A stretch of DNA of 64,000 nt from the human T2T-CHM13v2.0 reference genome, Homo sapiens (GCF_009914755.1 NC_060926.1); one strand, 5' to 3'; positions 28,576 through 42,313 are shown, counted from the stretch's first letter. The notes: a model not told the origin generated them from the letters alone. Program-made: numbers and translations.

Positions 28576-30199
28576 TTTTCCTTTCTTACGGCTTTGTAAT
28601 TCATGATTGTGGTCTCTCACAGGGCTCAATTTATTTTCTGCTTTAAGATTTTATAAACTATTGTGCATTCTTACAATTTTTTTAAGAAAACTGACTGAAA
28701 TGGGTCAAAGGCCTGTGCCCATTGCAGAGATACTTCTCTTAGTATCATGGACCTTTGGACTGTTTATAATCAGTAGACACAATCCTTCCTATCACTTTAG
28801 ATTTATGTCTTTATATTTGGGATCAACATATACAGGGTTTCTTTTTTGATACAACTTATTTATCAGATTTATATTCAAGTAATTATAAACTTTACTCAAA
28901 AAATTCACTCCAAGTTTAAAATTTAAGTAAAAAGGGTTTATGATAATTAAAGAAATTCAAATAAGTGTGCTCTTAGACTGGAAAGTTCATTTCAAAGAGG
29001 ATTTTCAAGAACTCTTTGAGAAATTGTAGCATTGTTGGAATATTTGTACTACCTCTCACACTGCCTGTTTTTGAGGTAGCAACTCTAAATGGGCACAACA
29101 AAGAGTTATATTTCAGAAGTTGACCTCACACTATACGATGATGTAATTGTAAGTAGTCTTAATCATTTTGTTTTCTTGTGAACCCCAAATCAGTGCTTTT
29201 TAATGATCATGAGACTGACAATTGTGGCTTCTGGTAGATTAAAATAAATTAATATAAACAAAAAGCAAAACAAACAATTCAAACATTTTTCTCCAATCTA
29301 GTTGCTCCCTAGTGCTATACACAGAGCAGCTGGGCAGAAGTGGCTGTTCTTGAGTCTGCTGGGACGGAGACTCCTACAGACACATTTTATGTAACCATGG
29401 CATGGGTGCCCTTTTGCATTTTGCTAGCAAGAGAAGTCCTTATGTTGTAGTCTCATTGAAAGACAGAAGTGACACTGCACTCCAGGAGATATTTCCTGTT
29501 TAAACAAGTCACACGAAGATTATTTGAAGGGTAACAGCCAGGTTATGTACCCCATAAAAGTACAAATGATTTACAAATATTTAACAAGGAAAAAACTAAT
29601 TATGCTGCTCTTGTCACAGAGAGGCCAGCCTCAGAAATGGTATAATCAATATGGGAATGTTAGCTGTAATACAGTCTGTCAGCTTTTTAACCAACCAACA
29701 ACAACAACAACAAAATCAGAAAGTCTATAAACAAAGTGGAGCCCCCTTGTCTGGCCCCCTGAATGTTATGTATCCAGTCACATGTACCTTGGCACATGTA
29801 AGGATTAGAGCATTCAAAGTTATTTTCAAGCCCATTTGGGAAGGTCCATTTAGCCTGAGTTTAAAGAAATTCTAAGAGAACTGACTGGCTTCACAATGGG
29901 TCACTGTACTCAAAATGTAGCATTTTGTCCTTTGGGCCCTAGTTAGTATTTCTTAGAATATTTGCCCTTTTGGACCAAACTCACAGAAATTTGGCTCAGA
30001 AAAGTCTTTTATAATATGGGTGTGTTTTAAAAGGTGGACAGTGTTTATATTTTGCATGCTTATTATGTATCTACATAAATGTAATGATATAGATGTATTC
30101 GTGGGAATCTCAGGGCCCAGGAAAATTGCCTAGCTGGGAAATATCACTCTGGAATGCTATACCAAAAGTGGCTCTCTGCAGAGTGTAAGGAGATCATGT

Positions 30200-30435
30200 A
30201 AAGGCCATGAACACAGCTGGGGGGCAAATTCTATAAGTTTAGTTCCCAGCTCTGGTCACTTAACTCATAATGAACTTGGATAAGACTAATGTGCTGCAAA
30301 TCTTTCACCTGAGAAATGGGGGAAATAATGGCACTCACTTCATAGGTTGTGGTTTAACTGAGAAATACATGAAAAATGCTAAAGACAATCTGTAGTACAT
30401 GGTCAATACTCAATAAATATTAGCTGTTAGTATCA
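30200..30435 (+). mobile_element. MIR SINE
   Basis: cccagctctggtcacttaact...gagaaatgggg...cataggttgtgg...actcaataaatattagct. Confidence 0.75.
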
Positions 30436-32539
30436 AACCAAAGCTTTTGCCATTTGTAACCCATGTATTCCTAACCTTGTCGGCTTCTGGGTACAAAGGG
30501 GGTCACATTAATAGGTTGTATAGTTTGCACGATTATTATATATCTATAGTCACTAATTGGCCTAAATTTCACTAGTGTTTGCCAGCATCTGCATAAACCT
30601 TTGGGAACTAAGCACCTTCTAAGACCCACATATGTCCCTCTCTCCCCAGCCCTCACCAATATTTCCTGGCATTTCTGGGCTGTTTAACATGAGTTCATGG
30701 ATCATCTCTTACTATTCATGTTGATGTTGGCTCAACTTAAAGCCCCTCATGGAAGTGATTTGCTGCTGTAGCTGCTACCAGGATTTATGAAAAAGTCGAG
30801 GCCAGTGACATGGGTCCTGCCTCTCTCTTGCTGCTTCCAAAGCTACCAACCTGTCAGGAGTTAGCATAGTGTCATGTTCCCTACTGTCCTCAGCACTTGG
30901 AAGCCCCTAAAGTAAAAATGTCTCTCTCCTTCACCATGGCACATTTTATTACCAGGGCACTAAAACAGTTATGTGGCAGCTCATTCACTTATGGTTTCTT
31001 ATTAAAAAAAAAAAAAGTTTAACCTCTGCCTACAGTCCCCTCTGCAAGTTTCAGGTAAATGTCCATAGAGCAAGAAATCAAACCAAAATTAAGAAAAGTC
31101 CCATGATTTCTGCTCAATCTCAGGCTTTTGTCTCAGGCATCTGTTAAAAACAAACAAGCAAACAATACACACACCAAAAACTAAAAACCAAATGAACAAA
31201 ACCAACAAACAACAAAAGCAAAACAGCCGCTTTCTCAGCCAACTTTTTTCAGAAATTGGTTTCTTGAGACCCTGACCAACATACCAGGTCTTCACATATG
31301 CCCAGGTATACTTAAACACCAGCTTAGGCTCCACAGGGTCTCCCCTCTATGTGATGTAAATGGAATGGAATATTTCTGTATTCCAACAGGATTTTTACCC
31401 CTTATGGCTTAGGGGAACATGATTTAACCCGAGATAAATACCTGAACCCAGATAATACTGATGGCTATGACAGGGTTCCCTGTGTTACATGTTCAGAGAT
31501 GGACATGCATTGTTGCTTCTGCACATAAAGTTCTCAGAGTTGGTCCATTTCTGATTTGTAGCTTTGTTTCAGTAGTTTGGGTTGGTTACTACATTTTACA
31601 TTGTAGTAACTTTATTTTATTGCTACTGTCACAACAAAGCAAAGCAGCTATTATCTTATAACAAACTAAAGCTACATTTCTAAAGCATCGCATCTAACCA
31701 AACTACAGTGCTATAACACCTAATTTACAGTTTATTCCAATTGCATGGACATGAGAAGCATACAATAAAAATAAAAAAATATATACCAGATTCCATTGGC
31801 TGAGCTGGGCCAAGCGCTTTGAAGTTTGGGAGGATGGTTATAAAACAGCTGAGGTTCTATGTTGCTCACAAGACTTCTATTTAGAGCTAGGCAGCTGAAT
31901 ACACATTAGGGCTAACTTAAAATTGTCCATGTGCTAGATTGACATCACACTCAGGTTCTCACATCTCTGTAGCCAAGCCAGAAGCCTGCTCCTCCAGGCT
32001 TGTGCAGAGTTGCCTTTTTAAAGCTGTAGACACTGCTGTGTAAGGGATTCCTAAAGGGCCTGCAAGGTGAGAGAGTCTTGAAGATGATCCAACAGGCCAA
32101 CCAGTTAAAGGTTTGGAGGAATGTAAGCACAAAGGCAGAAATGTAAAGTAAGGTTTTTAAAAATGCCTTTATGAAAGTATACTTGTGTGTTTCCATTGAT
32201 AGGTTGGCTCAGGTTAAAGTTAGAGATGAGCTACTCTAAAAATAAATAAGATATGAAGGCCTGATTCCCTTTTCTCTCTCACAGGTTCTTGCATAACATT
32301 GCACAGGTTCAGATGGCCTTACTATTCCTCTCTTACCCAAGACTAATTCTAGCTTCATGATTCAACCACTTCCACATGAAAGTGTATAAGATTATTACAA
32401 GTAACATTATAAATCACATGTGTTAGTCCCACCTTTCCCCCTCACTACATCAGCCTGATAGGATGCGCCCTTTCTCTGAGCTTCCACAATGCTCAGTTAC
32501 TCCACAAACTGTGGCTCATACATCAGCTGCATAGTATCA

Positions 32540-32960
32540 TCATATGGTTTGTATGTTTGTCCCCTCTGAATCTCATGTTGAAATGTCATGCCCAGATTTG
32601 AAGGTGGGGCCTGGTGGGAAGTTATTGGATCATGGGGCAGATCCCTCAGAATTGGTTTAGCTCCATCCTCTGGGTGATGAGTGAGTCCTTGCTCAGTCAG
32701 TTCACATGAGATCTGGTTGTTTAAAAGAGCGTGGCACCTCCCACCATCACTATCTTGCTCCAGCTCTGGCCATGTGACATGCTGCCTCCCTTTCACCTTC
32801 CACCATGATTGTAAGCTTCCTGAAGCGCACACCAGAAGCAGATGTTGGCACCACACTTCCTGTAAAGTCTGCAGAACCATGAGCCAATTAAACATCTTTT
32901 CTTAATAAATTATGCACTCTTAGGTATTCCTTTATAGTAATGAAAAAATGTCCTAACACA
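32540..32960 (+). mobile_element. MSTA/MSTB solo LTR
   Basis: atatggttt...tctcatgttgaaatgt...caccatgattgtaagcttcctga...ctaacaca; TSD tatca/gatca. Confidence 0.92.
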
Positions 32961-34036
32961 GATCACACTCAACAATGTAGGTGAAGAGGCATTTGGGGGT
33001 GGAATGATGGATCACCATACAGTGGCAAAGGAGTAGAAGAAGTTTAGAGTGATTCCCAGGTTCTGATGGTCATGGGTCTCCATGGTGGTGCCATTTCTTG
33101 AGACAAAGCACCTGGGAGGGGTAGAGATTTGTGAGGTCTGAGAGTCAATTGCCCCACTTTGTGTCTCCCTTGCACTTCTGTTCATATTTTTCATCCTAGC
33201 ATGATTGGTGTCCACAGCTTAGTGCCCAGAAAACATTTGTTAATGACCATAGTAGCAGTGCACCCCTTTAAACCAGGACAAGAAAGGCCTCAGATATGTT
33301 TTAGAAGGCAGCCCTCTGCCCTCCGCCCTGCCTTTGCGGGGCTACAGGAGTGGGTTCAAGCAAATGCCCTCACTTCCAGACCATGTTTCACATAACCTGA
33401 ACCCGCCTCCAAGGCCAGCATAGACTGTTCCCCTTACTGCTGCTTCCTGTGGGCAGACTATGCTGGTGGTATGTGCACATCTAGACTTCAGGAGTGGTTA
33501 AGTTGAGCCAGCAGTGGCTGTTTGCAGGGGTAAGATGCAAAGAAATTTGGATGTGCAGAGAGGAGAATCTTCCTAAGTCTGGTGTGAGATGCAGTCTGTA
33601 TGGAAAGCGAGGGTGTTGTGTCATGAGGCAGGATTTGGGGACTGAAGTCCAGTCTTCTCTGGATCTCCAAGTGACCAGAGAGGAATTCCAAAGAATCCAA
33701 AAATTTTAATTTTGAGCCTAAATTTCCAGGTTATTAGAAATGAATCTTAACAAAAAAGAGATAAAATATTTATTAACATATTTTCTTAACTTGATATAAG
33801 TTAAATATTTAAATCTATGCTTCATGTACTTGTGGCTTGAGGCCTATAAAAGAGGCAGGGCTGAACGGGGGATCTGAGAAGCACTGTGATCAGGGTGCCC
33901 TAAGCATACTTCCTAGGATGTGGCACAAAGACTCCAAATGCAGAGCCTCATGATATTGGTGTGTCACTAAGTCAGACATGGAAAGAGAAATGCAACAGAT
34001 TCAGGAAGCAAGAAATGGTCATAAGAAGTTGGACAG

Positions 34037-34387
34037 TGTATTAGTCTGTTCTCCAGCTATTAATAAAGACATACCGAAGGCTAGATAATTTATAAAGGAA
34101 AGAGGTTTCATTGACTCACAGTTCCACAATGCTGGGAGGCCTCACAATGATGGCAGAAGGTGAAGGAGGAGCAAAGCCACATCATACAGGCAAGAGAGCA
34201 TGCACAAGGGAACTCCCCTTTATGAAACCATCACATCTCGTGAGACTTATTCACTATCATGAGAACAGCATGGGAAAAACCTGCCCCCATGATTTAATTA
34301 CTTCTCACTGGGTCCCTCCGATGATATGTGGGGATTATTACAATTCAAGGTGTGATTTTGGTGGGGACACAAAGCCAAACCATATCA
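34037..34387 (-). mobile_element. THE1B/C-type solo LTR
   Basis: tgtattagtctgttc...gccaaaccatatca; perfect TSD GACAG. Confidence 0.93.
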
Positions 34388-34678
34388 GACAGCAAGAGGG
34401 ACTTGGTTCCTTTCTCCTAAATAAAATAGTTCCCAGTAACTCAGTCCCAGTCTGCTGTCTTCAAACTTAATCTATTCTCTCTGATCATATCATGCTATTT
34501 TTTTTCTTAGTATTTGAAAGAATAACATTACAGTACAGTATTTGATTTGTCTCTCCCCACCCTACCTCCTGGGTGTTTTACTGAATTTTTTTGTGTTTTC
34601 ATAAACTGCAACACTCCTCCATATTCTGTCCATCATTTTAAGGGTTAGAATACTTTGTTTTTCTTCAGTTTTTAGTAA

Positions 34679-35100
<422 letters not shown>

Positions 35101-36374
35101 CCCACCACACTTTTTCTATCTTCCTTCCCTATTTCCTGGTTCATGTATAATGGAGAGCAGTCATATAGCTATATCAGGACCATTTGATTTTCTCAACACT
35201 TACTGGACAAAAATACTTAAGCCAGAGTACAGAGAAGTAGCTCCAGGCTTTACAGGGAGCTAGGGGATGAGCTACATATAGGGGAGAGCACACATTCTAT
35301 CACTCCTTTGCTTAAGGGTAATAAGGTAAAATGTGGAGGAAAAGGGGGATGGTTTGTTAAGAAGAGGATGAAGAAGATGATGTGAAAGTGATTGCAAGAG
35401 AAAGATTGGCGGGACCTTTGAAGGAAGGAGACATTCATAACTTATGGCTGAGTTTCTGTGGCAATTCACTGAATTAAAGAATTACCTTCCTTGTACTACA
35501 CATCTCTTTAGTTGCTAGAGGGGAATGATAGTGAATGGCCATTGCAGGGAGAGCTTCACGGATGCTTATTGAAAGGCATCTATCTGCTCACCTGGTACTT
35601 CTACAAGAATTAGAAGATCCTGCTCTCATGATGCTTAAAGTGTTCCCAAGGAACCGATGTTTACACACATGAAGGTAACATAAGTTGGAGCTGTTTTCTC
35701 AGAACAGGCATAGGGAAGTAATGGGTATCTCTCTTTTGCACAGCCAGGCCAACACACATACATGTAAGAGCAATTTTCACCCTGCCTGTGGCACACGAAA
35801 CCAGTTGTAACACTTCGGTTTCCCCATATTATCTGCCTCCTCTGCCTGGGCACAGATCCTTGGCACACACTGGAGCAGTATTTCTACTTCTTTCTGTGTA
35901 GTCCAAAACCTTTATGGTTGGGCTCTTTCTGGTGGTTATACTTGTACAAAACAAGGGAGTAGCAACTCTTTTGTTCTTTTTTGTCTATTTTATATAAAGC
36001 ATTCAGCCAGTACACTCTGCTTCTTGTCCTACTCACTCTGAAAATAGTGACTTTTTTTTTTAACTAGCCATGAACCACAGGTCATATATGACTTGGGCAT
36101 AATATGCATATATTATATATGTATATATAATATCTGTATACATAATATGTATATTTTATTGGACTTCAGGAAAACAGCCAAAGGCTGTAGCAAAGTTAAG
36201 AACTCCCAAGTTAAGAGATCTTGCAGAGTCTATTTTCTTTTTCATATGAAAAGCCATTCTTTTGATGGAACAAACAGTGCTACATACACTACTCTGTACT
36301 TGGATGGTATGACTTAGCCTCCATATTGTAATGTCTGGTGGTGCAATGTTTCGTTTTCCGAAAGCTGCGTGCAA

Positions 36375-36600
36375 TACTAGGGAAAATGTAGACTTTCTGC
36401 AAATAGTGCAAGTTCAACACCAGTCCTACTGTTTTCAGCTATATGACCTTGAATAAGTTTCTTAATTTCACTGGTCTTTAGTTTCCTTATCTGTAAAATG
36501 GGTTAATAGAAATACTTACCTCCCTGGATTTTGAGACTTACATGAAATGATTGTTTAACTAGGACTTGGCACGTAGATACTCAGTGTATGTGAGTTTTTT
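36375..36600 (+). mobile_element. MIR SINE (second degenerate MIR at ~36650-36860)
   Basis: agctatatgaccttgaataagtttcttaa...gtttccttatctgtaaaatggg. Confidence 0.8.
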
Positions 36601-39600
36601 ATTCTTTCCCACCCTTACCATGAGGTCTTCCTGCATTCCTGAGAGGAAGTGAAATAGAGTGGTTGAGGGAATGGGTATTAGAATTATGCTCTCTCATTTT
36701 ACTGCCCTGGAACCCTGAGCAAGTTTCTTAACCTATCTTTACAATTGGAATTAACAATTGAACTCATTTCACAGGGTTATAATGTGAATGAAAAATAATT
36801 ATATGAAATGATTAATCCTGAGCCTCTTCCAAATAATGTCTGGAAATACTGTGTGTTTTTTTTTTTTTTTTATCACACTGTGCCTTGGCTACTTATGGCC
36901 TTCTCTAGCCCTATCCTAGCAGAGCACTGATGCATTCTATGGAGAGGCTCCATTGTAACCAGTTCCTGAGCCAGTGTGGACCAAAGCATGCCACCAGCTA
37001 AGTGATCTGAAATTAGTCTGTAATACAGGAAATATTTTTACAGATATCCTCATGTATTTTAATTTCCACCTTGAAAATGTTTTGCCCTTACAGCCTTTTT
37101 TTTTTCCCTCTCAGACTGTGCCCTGTGGTGTAGTGCCCCAAGGCGGGAAGTAGGGATTTCTTGACTTTTTAGCAAGATATGAGATTGAAGCCAGATTAAG
37201 AAGATTCTACTACAGTAGTTTAAGCTAAGGGAATGCAGACAGAAGAGGAAGGATTGTGGCTGGGGTCAGGGAGCCAAATCTTTCTACCTCTGGATAATGG
37301 TGGAAAGAAGGAGATTGAAATGTGGGGGAAAAGAAAGCTATTAGATGTAAAGGGTCAAGATGGCTCTTCTTTGGACTGCAGTTTGGAGAAGGCAGATGTG
37401 CTAGAGTAGTATAGGAATTATTGTTAAGTAAGAGGAAATATTGCCCAGATTCCCAATTGGGACTCTAGAATAGACTGCCTCTTGGCTGCTTTTCTTTTCC
37501 ACCTACATCCTTCTTTCCTAACCCTACCTTACCAACCTTTATTGCAACCTTATGAAAGTAAATTTGGTTGCCCGGCCTGGTTAGCCAGAGAGAAGTCCTT
37601 CAACTCATCTTTCACAAATGGAAGTGAATGTTCATTGCAAGGAAAGCTCCTTCACTGATACTTATTGAAAGGCATCTACCCACTGCACTCACTGTTATAT
37701 CCTGCATGTCATGGCAGAGACCCACAAGTTCCGGTATCTTCTTTGGAAGAGATTTCAAAGGCAGTTGCGTTGAGATCCAGTTGGATTGTGATAACACCGC
37801 CTGTGCCAATAGACAGGTAGCCTTCAGCAGAGCCTGAAGATGGGTCACCTATCTATGGGGGATGGAAGGAGAATCAGATTTAAGGTAAAGGTAGGTTTCC
37901 ATGGGGAGTTACACAGTCCCTATAAAGCCAAGAGATGTCACGAGTTACATAAGTAACAGACATCACTCAACGCCCACCAAGGGCAAGAGGTATTTCTGTA
38001 TATCCTCACCTTCCATCTCTGTGTAATTTCTCTTTTTAGGAAAATCATATGACATGGGTGACCTGCATTCAGAGTGGGCTAGAGGCCTGCAGCTAAGATT
38101 GTAACTCTTTGCATAATGAAGATGGAATGGTGCAGAGAATTAGTTCTGTCATCCAATTTATGATGGCCACCACCACTCCACTCTTGGCTAGACTTTGGGA
38201 ATTTGAGCTAGATTCCCATTGCATGCCAGTGGGAAGAGCAGGCCAAAGAGGAGAAGGACAGTACAGTGACCAAGCCCATAGCCTGGATTTGCACACAGCC
38301 AACAGCAAAGTAGGCCCTGGAAAATTGGTCAGGGGACATGAGCAGTTGAAGTAACTTAATCTGATTTTAATAAATATGGGGATTTTATTTTCTCAAAAAA
38401 ATAACATGAACAAAAAAAAGAACCAATGCAAATATCCCCTCATACCAATTAATGCCTTGTGGCTAAACTTCAGCTTTGTGCTGAAATGGGCATTCTCAGT
38501 TTCTTTTTAGTTATTTGCTAAAAAAGAAATTGCATATTGCAAAATACTTAACAGGCATAAACTTAAATTCTGATTTTTATACATAAAATGTCCAAATTCA
38601 TTATGTTAAAAATGAAACTGACAAATATTCACAGTTAGCTATGCACCATGAGAAACAGAAATAAAAGGCCAAGGTATGAGGCTGGCAATCAAGTTACAGT
38701 GACAGATGCTAAAGTGTGAGGAGCTAGTGGCGCTGATAACAGGAAAAGATAAACTGAGGCACAGCATACTGGGTAACCAAGAAACAGAGAAAGAAGAGAT
38801 CATCTCAGCCTTTGGTGATTGGTGGGATGAGGCAGAACTAGATAAAGGGTGGGAATGGGCAGTCATGGGCAGACCAATCTACAAAACATGCTCTAAATCA
38901 GAAAGATAGTACCAGTTAGCACGGCAGGAAACTCCTTGCAGACTTTCACACTGTAAATTGGCCCAACTACTACAAAGTAAAGCATCACTATGGTATGGAA
39001 AGTAACAAACCCATGTCATTGGTATTACAACCTCACTAGAAGATTTTTGCAAATTGGGAGGTATAACCCAGGTTTGCCTCCAATTCCAAGAGCAGCTTTT
39101 GGACATCATAGTCATTGGAAGCTGAAATTATATAATAGAACAATAGGTGGTTATACAATTTACCTGGACAAACACTTTACCAGTATGAGTAGCCAGTGCT
39201 AGCTGTTTATTAATACAAATAGCAGAGGAAAGGTGCTGCAACGTAAGATGCAATTCCAAAGAAGTTGAAATGTTTTGTCACATTCAATCCATCTTATGAA
39301 TGTGCAGAAAAAGGCAAACAAATTTCATTATTTAAAATTTGGTATTTGCACCAAATTATTAGCTGGTTATGGCGTCCATTTTTCTCAGTCTACCCCTGAA
39401 TAGAGGCACCATTTGAGCTAGGTGTTAAACAGTGGGCAGGATTTGAACATGCAAATAGTAAAGACACCTATAAGGCAGGAGAAGTAAACTTCTGGCAGGG
39501 AGGTCTCTTCTCTACCTGGTCCTCCACTCTAATATGTAAAATTTGGGGCGTTCACATAGCAGTACTTGTTGGGCTCATTTGTCAAACAGAAAAGACCTAA

Positions 39601-39679
39601 TTAATGTCCCATTTTCTTTAGTATGTACCCTAAAAGATGTATGGCAACTTGGCTTTCCTGAAATCTCAGCCAGACTCTA

Positions 39680-39925
39680 GGGTAGCGTGGTGTGGATGAA
39701 GAGTATGGGCTGTGGAATCGGGCAGGCTTGGGTTTGAATTCTGGCTCCATCTTGTACTGACTGTGAACCTTCTCTGAATTTACTTATCCTTACTAGAGAG
39801 GATTTAGTCTCTTTTAAAAATGGGAACAATATCAATTATCATGTAGAGATGTTGTATTATTTGAGATAACACATGTAAAGCATCTATCACCTGGGAATAA
39901 CTCAATGAAAAGAAGTTTTGATCAT
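39680..39925 (+). mobile_element. MIR SINE
   Basis: gtagcgtggtgtggatgaagag...gggtttgaattctggctc...taaaaatgggaacaata...gagataacacatgtaaagca. Confidence 0.8.
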
Positions 39926-40181
39926 TAGTTTGAAGCTTTGTCTTTCCCATTGCAAAACTGGCAAAGAAGCACCATGTCCTTCCTTCTGCTCCAACCAGTC
40001 TGCACTGCCTGTGGTTTTGGGATAGCAAGTCCGCACTTGACACATATTCAAATGGACACTTTCCTGCCATACCTTGACATTGTCTGGTTTGATAATTTGC
40101 CGATCTCTTTGCCGTAGAAGATTCACCCAAACCTGAATGGGATTGGGTTTCCATGACCCGTGAGTCAATTGCCATGGTAAG

Positions 40182-40906
40182 TGACATGGTTTGGATATTT
40201 TCTCCTCCAGATCTCATGTTGAAATGTGATCCCCAGTGTTGAAGGTAGAGCCTAGTGGGAGGTGTTTGGGTCATGGGGGTGAATCCCTTATGAATGGCTG
40301 GGTGCTCTTCCTGTCGTAATGAGTTCACAAGAGATTTCACTGTTAAATAGAGTTGGGGATCTCCCACTTCTCTCTCTTGCTCCCCCTCTTTCCATGTGGT
40401 ATGCCGACTCCCCCTTTGCCTTCTGCTCTGATCGTAAGCTTCCTGAGGCCTCTCCAGAAGCAGAGGTTGGTACCATGCTTTTTATATACAGCCTGCAGAA
40501 ACATGAGCCAAAATAAACCTCTTTTCTGTATAAATTATATTTACAGAAAATATGTATATACAGAAAATACAAACAAAACTCTTAGAACAGTACTTGCACA
40601 CAGTTAGCATTCATTTTCTCTATAAATTGCCTAGTCTCTGTATAAATTACCTAGTCTTATGTATATACATATTATATATATAATATTATATACATATATA
40701 TGTGTATAATACACATATTATACATATGTATAATATATAATACATATAATATACGTTATATGTAATATATAATATATATAATATATGTATTATATATAAT
40801 ATGTATATATGTATTATTTATATATATTATACATATATATAAAATATATATATATACACATATTATGCCCATTTCTTACCTAGTCAGTGCAAAATGGACT
40901 AACACA
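40182..40906 (+). mobile_element. MSTB-like solo LTR with a rearranged, expanded 3' part
   Basis: tgacatggtttggat...aataaacctcttt...aaatggactaacaca; TSD gtaag/gtagg. Confidence 0.9.
40658..40866. repeat. (TA)-rich low-complexity expansion inside the MST LTR
   Basis: About 210 bp of degenerate TA repeats. Confidence 0.9.
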
Positions 40907-41055
40907 GTAGGGAATCTACTTGCACAATATTTTATACCCTGCAGTGAACCATGGTGACTATGTATTTTGTTTGCCATCATACTTCTCCAACTCTCTTTGA
41001 GTAAAGTCTCCTCCATTTAGCCATAGGATTGGAGTATGACCCAAGCCTAGCCATT

Positions 41056-41125
41056 TACAGTACACCACTGTGTACAGTACACCACTGTGTACAGTACACC
41101 ACTGTGTACAGTACAGGCCACTGTG
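41056..41125. repeat. 17-bp tandem repeat TACAGTACACCACTGTG, three perfect copies plus one variant
   Basis: Units start at 41056, 41073, 41090 and 41107. Confidence 0.95.
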
Positions 41126-41284
41126 TTTTGTTCAAGACAGAGTCATATGACTCAAGCTGGACTAGCTGATACACTGGAAGAAAAAAAAGCTGTTGATTCC
41201 TCAAGAGTTATTAAGCTACTTCTGTTGAATCTGGTTCTACCAGAAGCTATTTCGTTACCATCTGAAGAGAATCTTTCTTTTGTA

Positions 41285-41503
41285 TTAAGAGCTAACATTA
41301 ATTGAATGCTAACTGTGTGCAATTACTATTCTAAGAGTTTTGTTTGCATTTTCTCACTTAAATCTCACAATACCCTTATCTTGTATATAATGTTATTATT
41401 AGAGAGATGAGGAAATTCAGGCACAAAGAGGTAAGGTAACTTGCTCAATGTTACATTGACAGAAAGTGATAGGATTTGAATTTATGCAAGCTGTGTTACT
41501 ATT
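41285..41503 (-). mobile_element. MIR SINE
   Basis: gctaacattaattgaatgctaactgtgtgc...agatgaggaaattcaggcacaaagaggtaaggtaacttgctcaa. Confidence 0.88.
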
Positions 41504-41511
41504 CTCTAGGC

Positions 41512-41729
41512 CAGTGGTTCTCAACTGGGGGCAACATTTTCCCTGAGGGGACATATAGCAACCTCTGGAGACACCTCTGTTTTTCACAACTTGAGACCAA
41601 GATGCTACTGTTATCTAGGGGATAGAGGCCAGGGAAGATGCTAAGCATCCTAAAGTGCACAGGACAGTTACCCTACAACAAATAATTACCTAGCCTCACA
41701 TTTCAATAGTACTGATTTGAGAAACCCTA
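41512..41729 (+). mobile_element. MER20 hAT-Charlie MITE
   Basis: cagtggttctcaactggggg...ttgagaaacccta; 8-bp TSD ctctaggc/ctttaggc. Confidence 0.92.
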
Positions 41730-41914
41730 CTTTAGGCTGTTCAAGTTTCCTAGTGCTGACAAACAGAAATGAGAGAAGAGTGGAAGTGTGGACCAATGGT
41801 AGCACTGGTCCTTGAGCTCCCAATACCGTGTGCTGGCCTCAAAACATTCCCAGCTACTTAAGTCAAAAGGAAATACCTCAGTCAAACTTTACTCAACATG
41901 AAGGGCATCCTTAT

Positions 41915-41992
41915 GGTTGCAAGCAGGAGCATCTTGACCAATACATATACAAAGGTTGCAAGCAGGAGAATCTTGACCAATACATATCCAAA
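41915..41992. repeat. 39-bp tandem duplication (37/39 identical)
   Basis: ggttgcaagcaggagcatcttgaccaatacatatacaaa followed by ggttgcaagcaggagaatcttgaccaatacatatccaaa. Confidence 0.95.
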
Positions 41993-42313
41993 GCCCATTT
42001 TCAGTCTACTCTAGTCACCACCATTGGAAAAGACGTGGATGATTTCTGTGTATGTCGCTTGTCCACTTTAGACTACAAGGACTATAGTGATTTTTTTTTC
42101 TCTACCTATGAAGATGCTTAATTGGCACTTTCAGGAAAAAGTGATAGTGATGAGCTATAAGCCATCACATGTATCACACAGGTCAGTATGGAAATGATCC
42201 TCAACAATATTTTTCTTTACCTTTAATTTAGAATTTAAAATTCAGTGAGATAATTTATCAAACATTTAGGTTTAGAGGCAAATGCATGCTCATCACTTCT
42301 GCTCCAGGAGCCA

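Noticed and set aside
33250-33865. Possible hAT-Tip100-like DNA transposon or GC-rich regulatory patch
   Set aside because: Could not establish termini or family from the sequence alone
39804-40367. 187-aa minus-strand ORF
   Set aside because: Chance read-through across the MST LTR, unique DNA and a MIR
41056-41125. Short repeats as a CRISPR-like array
   Set aside because: Head-to-tail units with no unique spacers, in primate DNA with no cas genes
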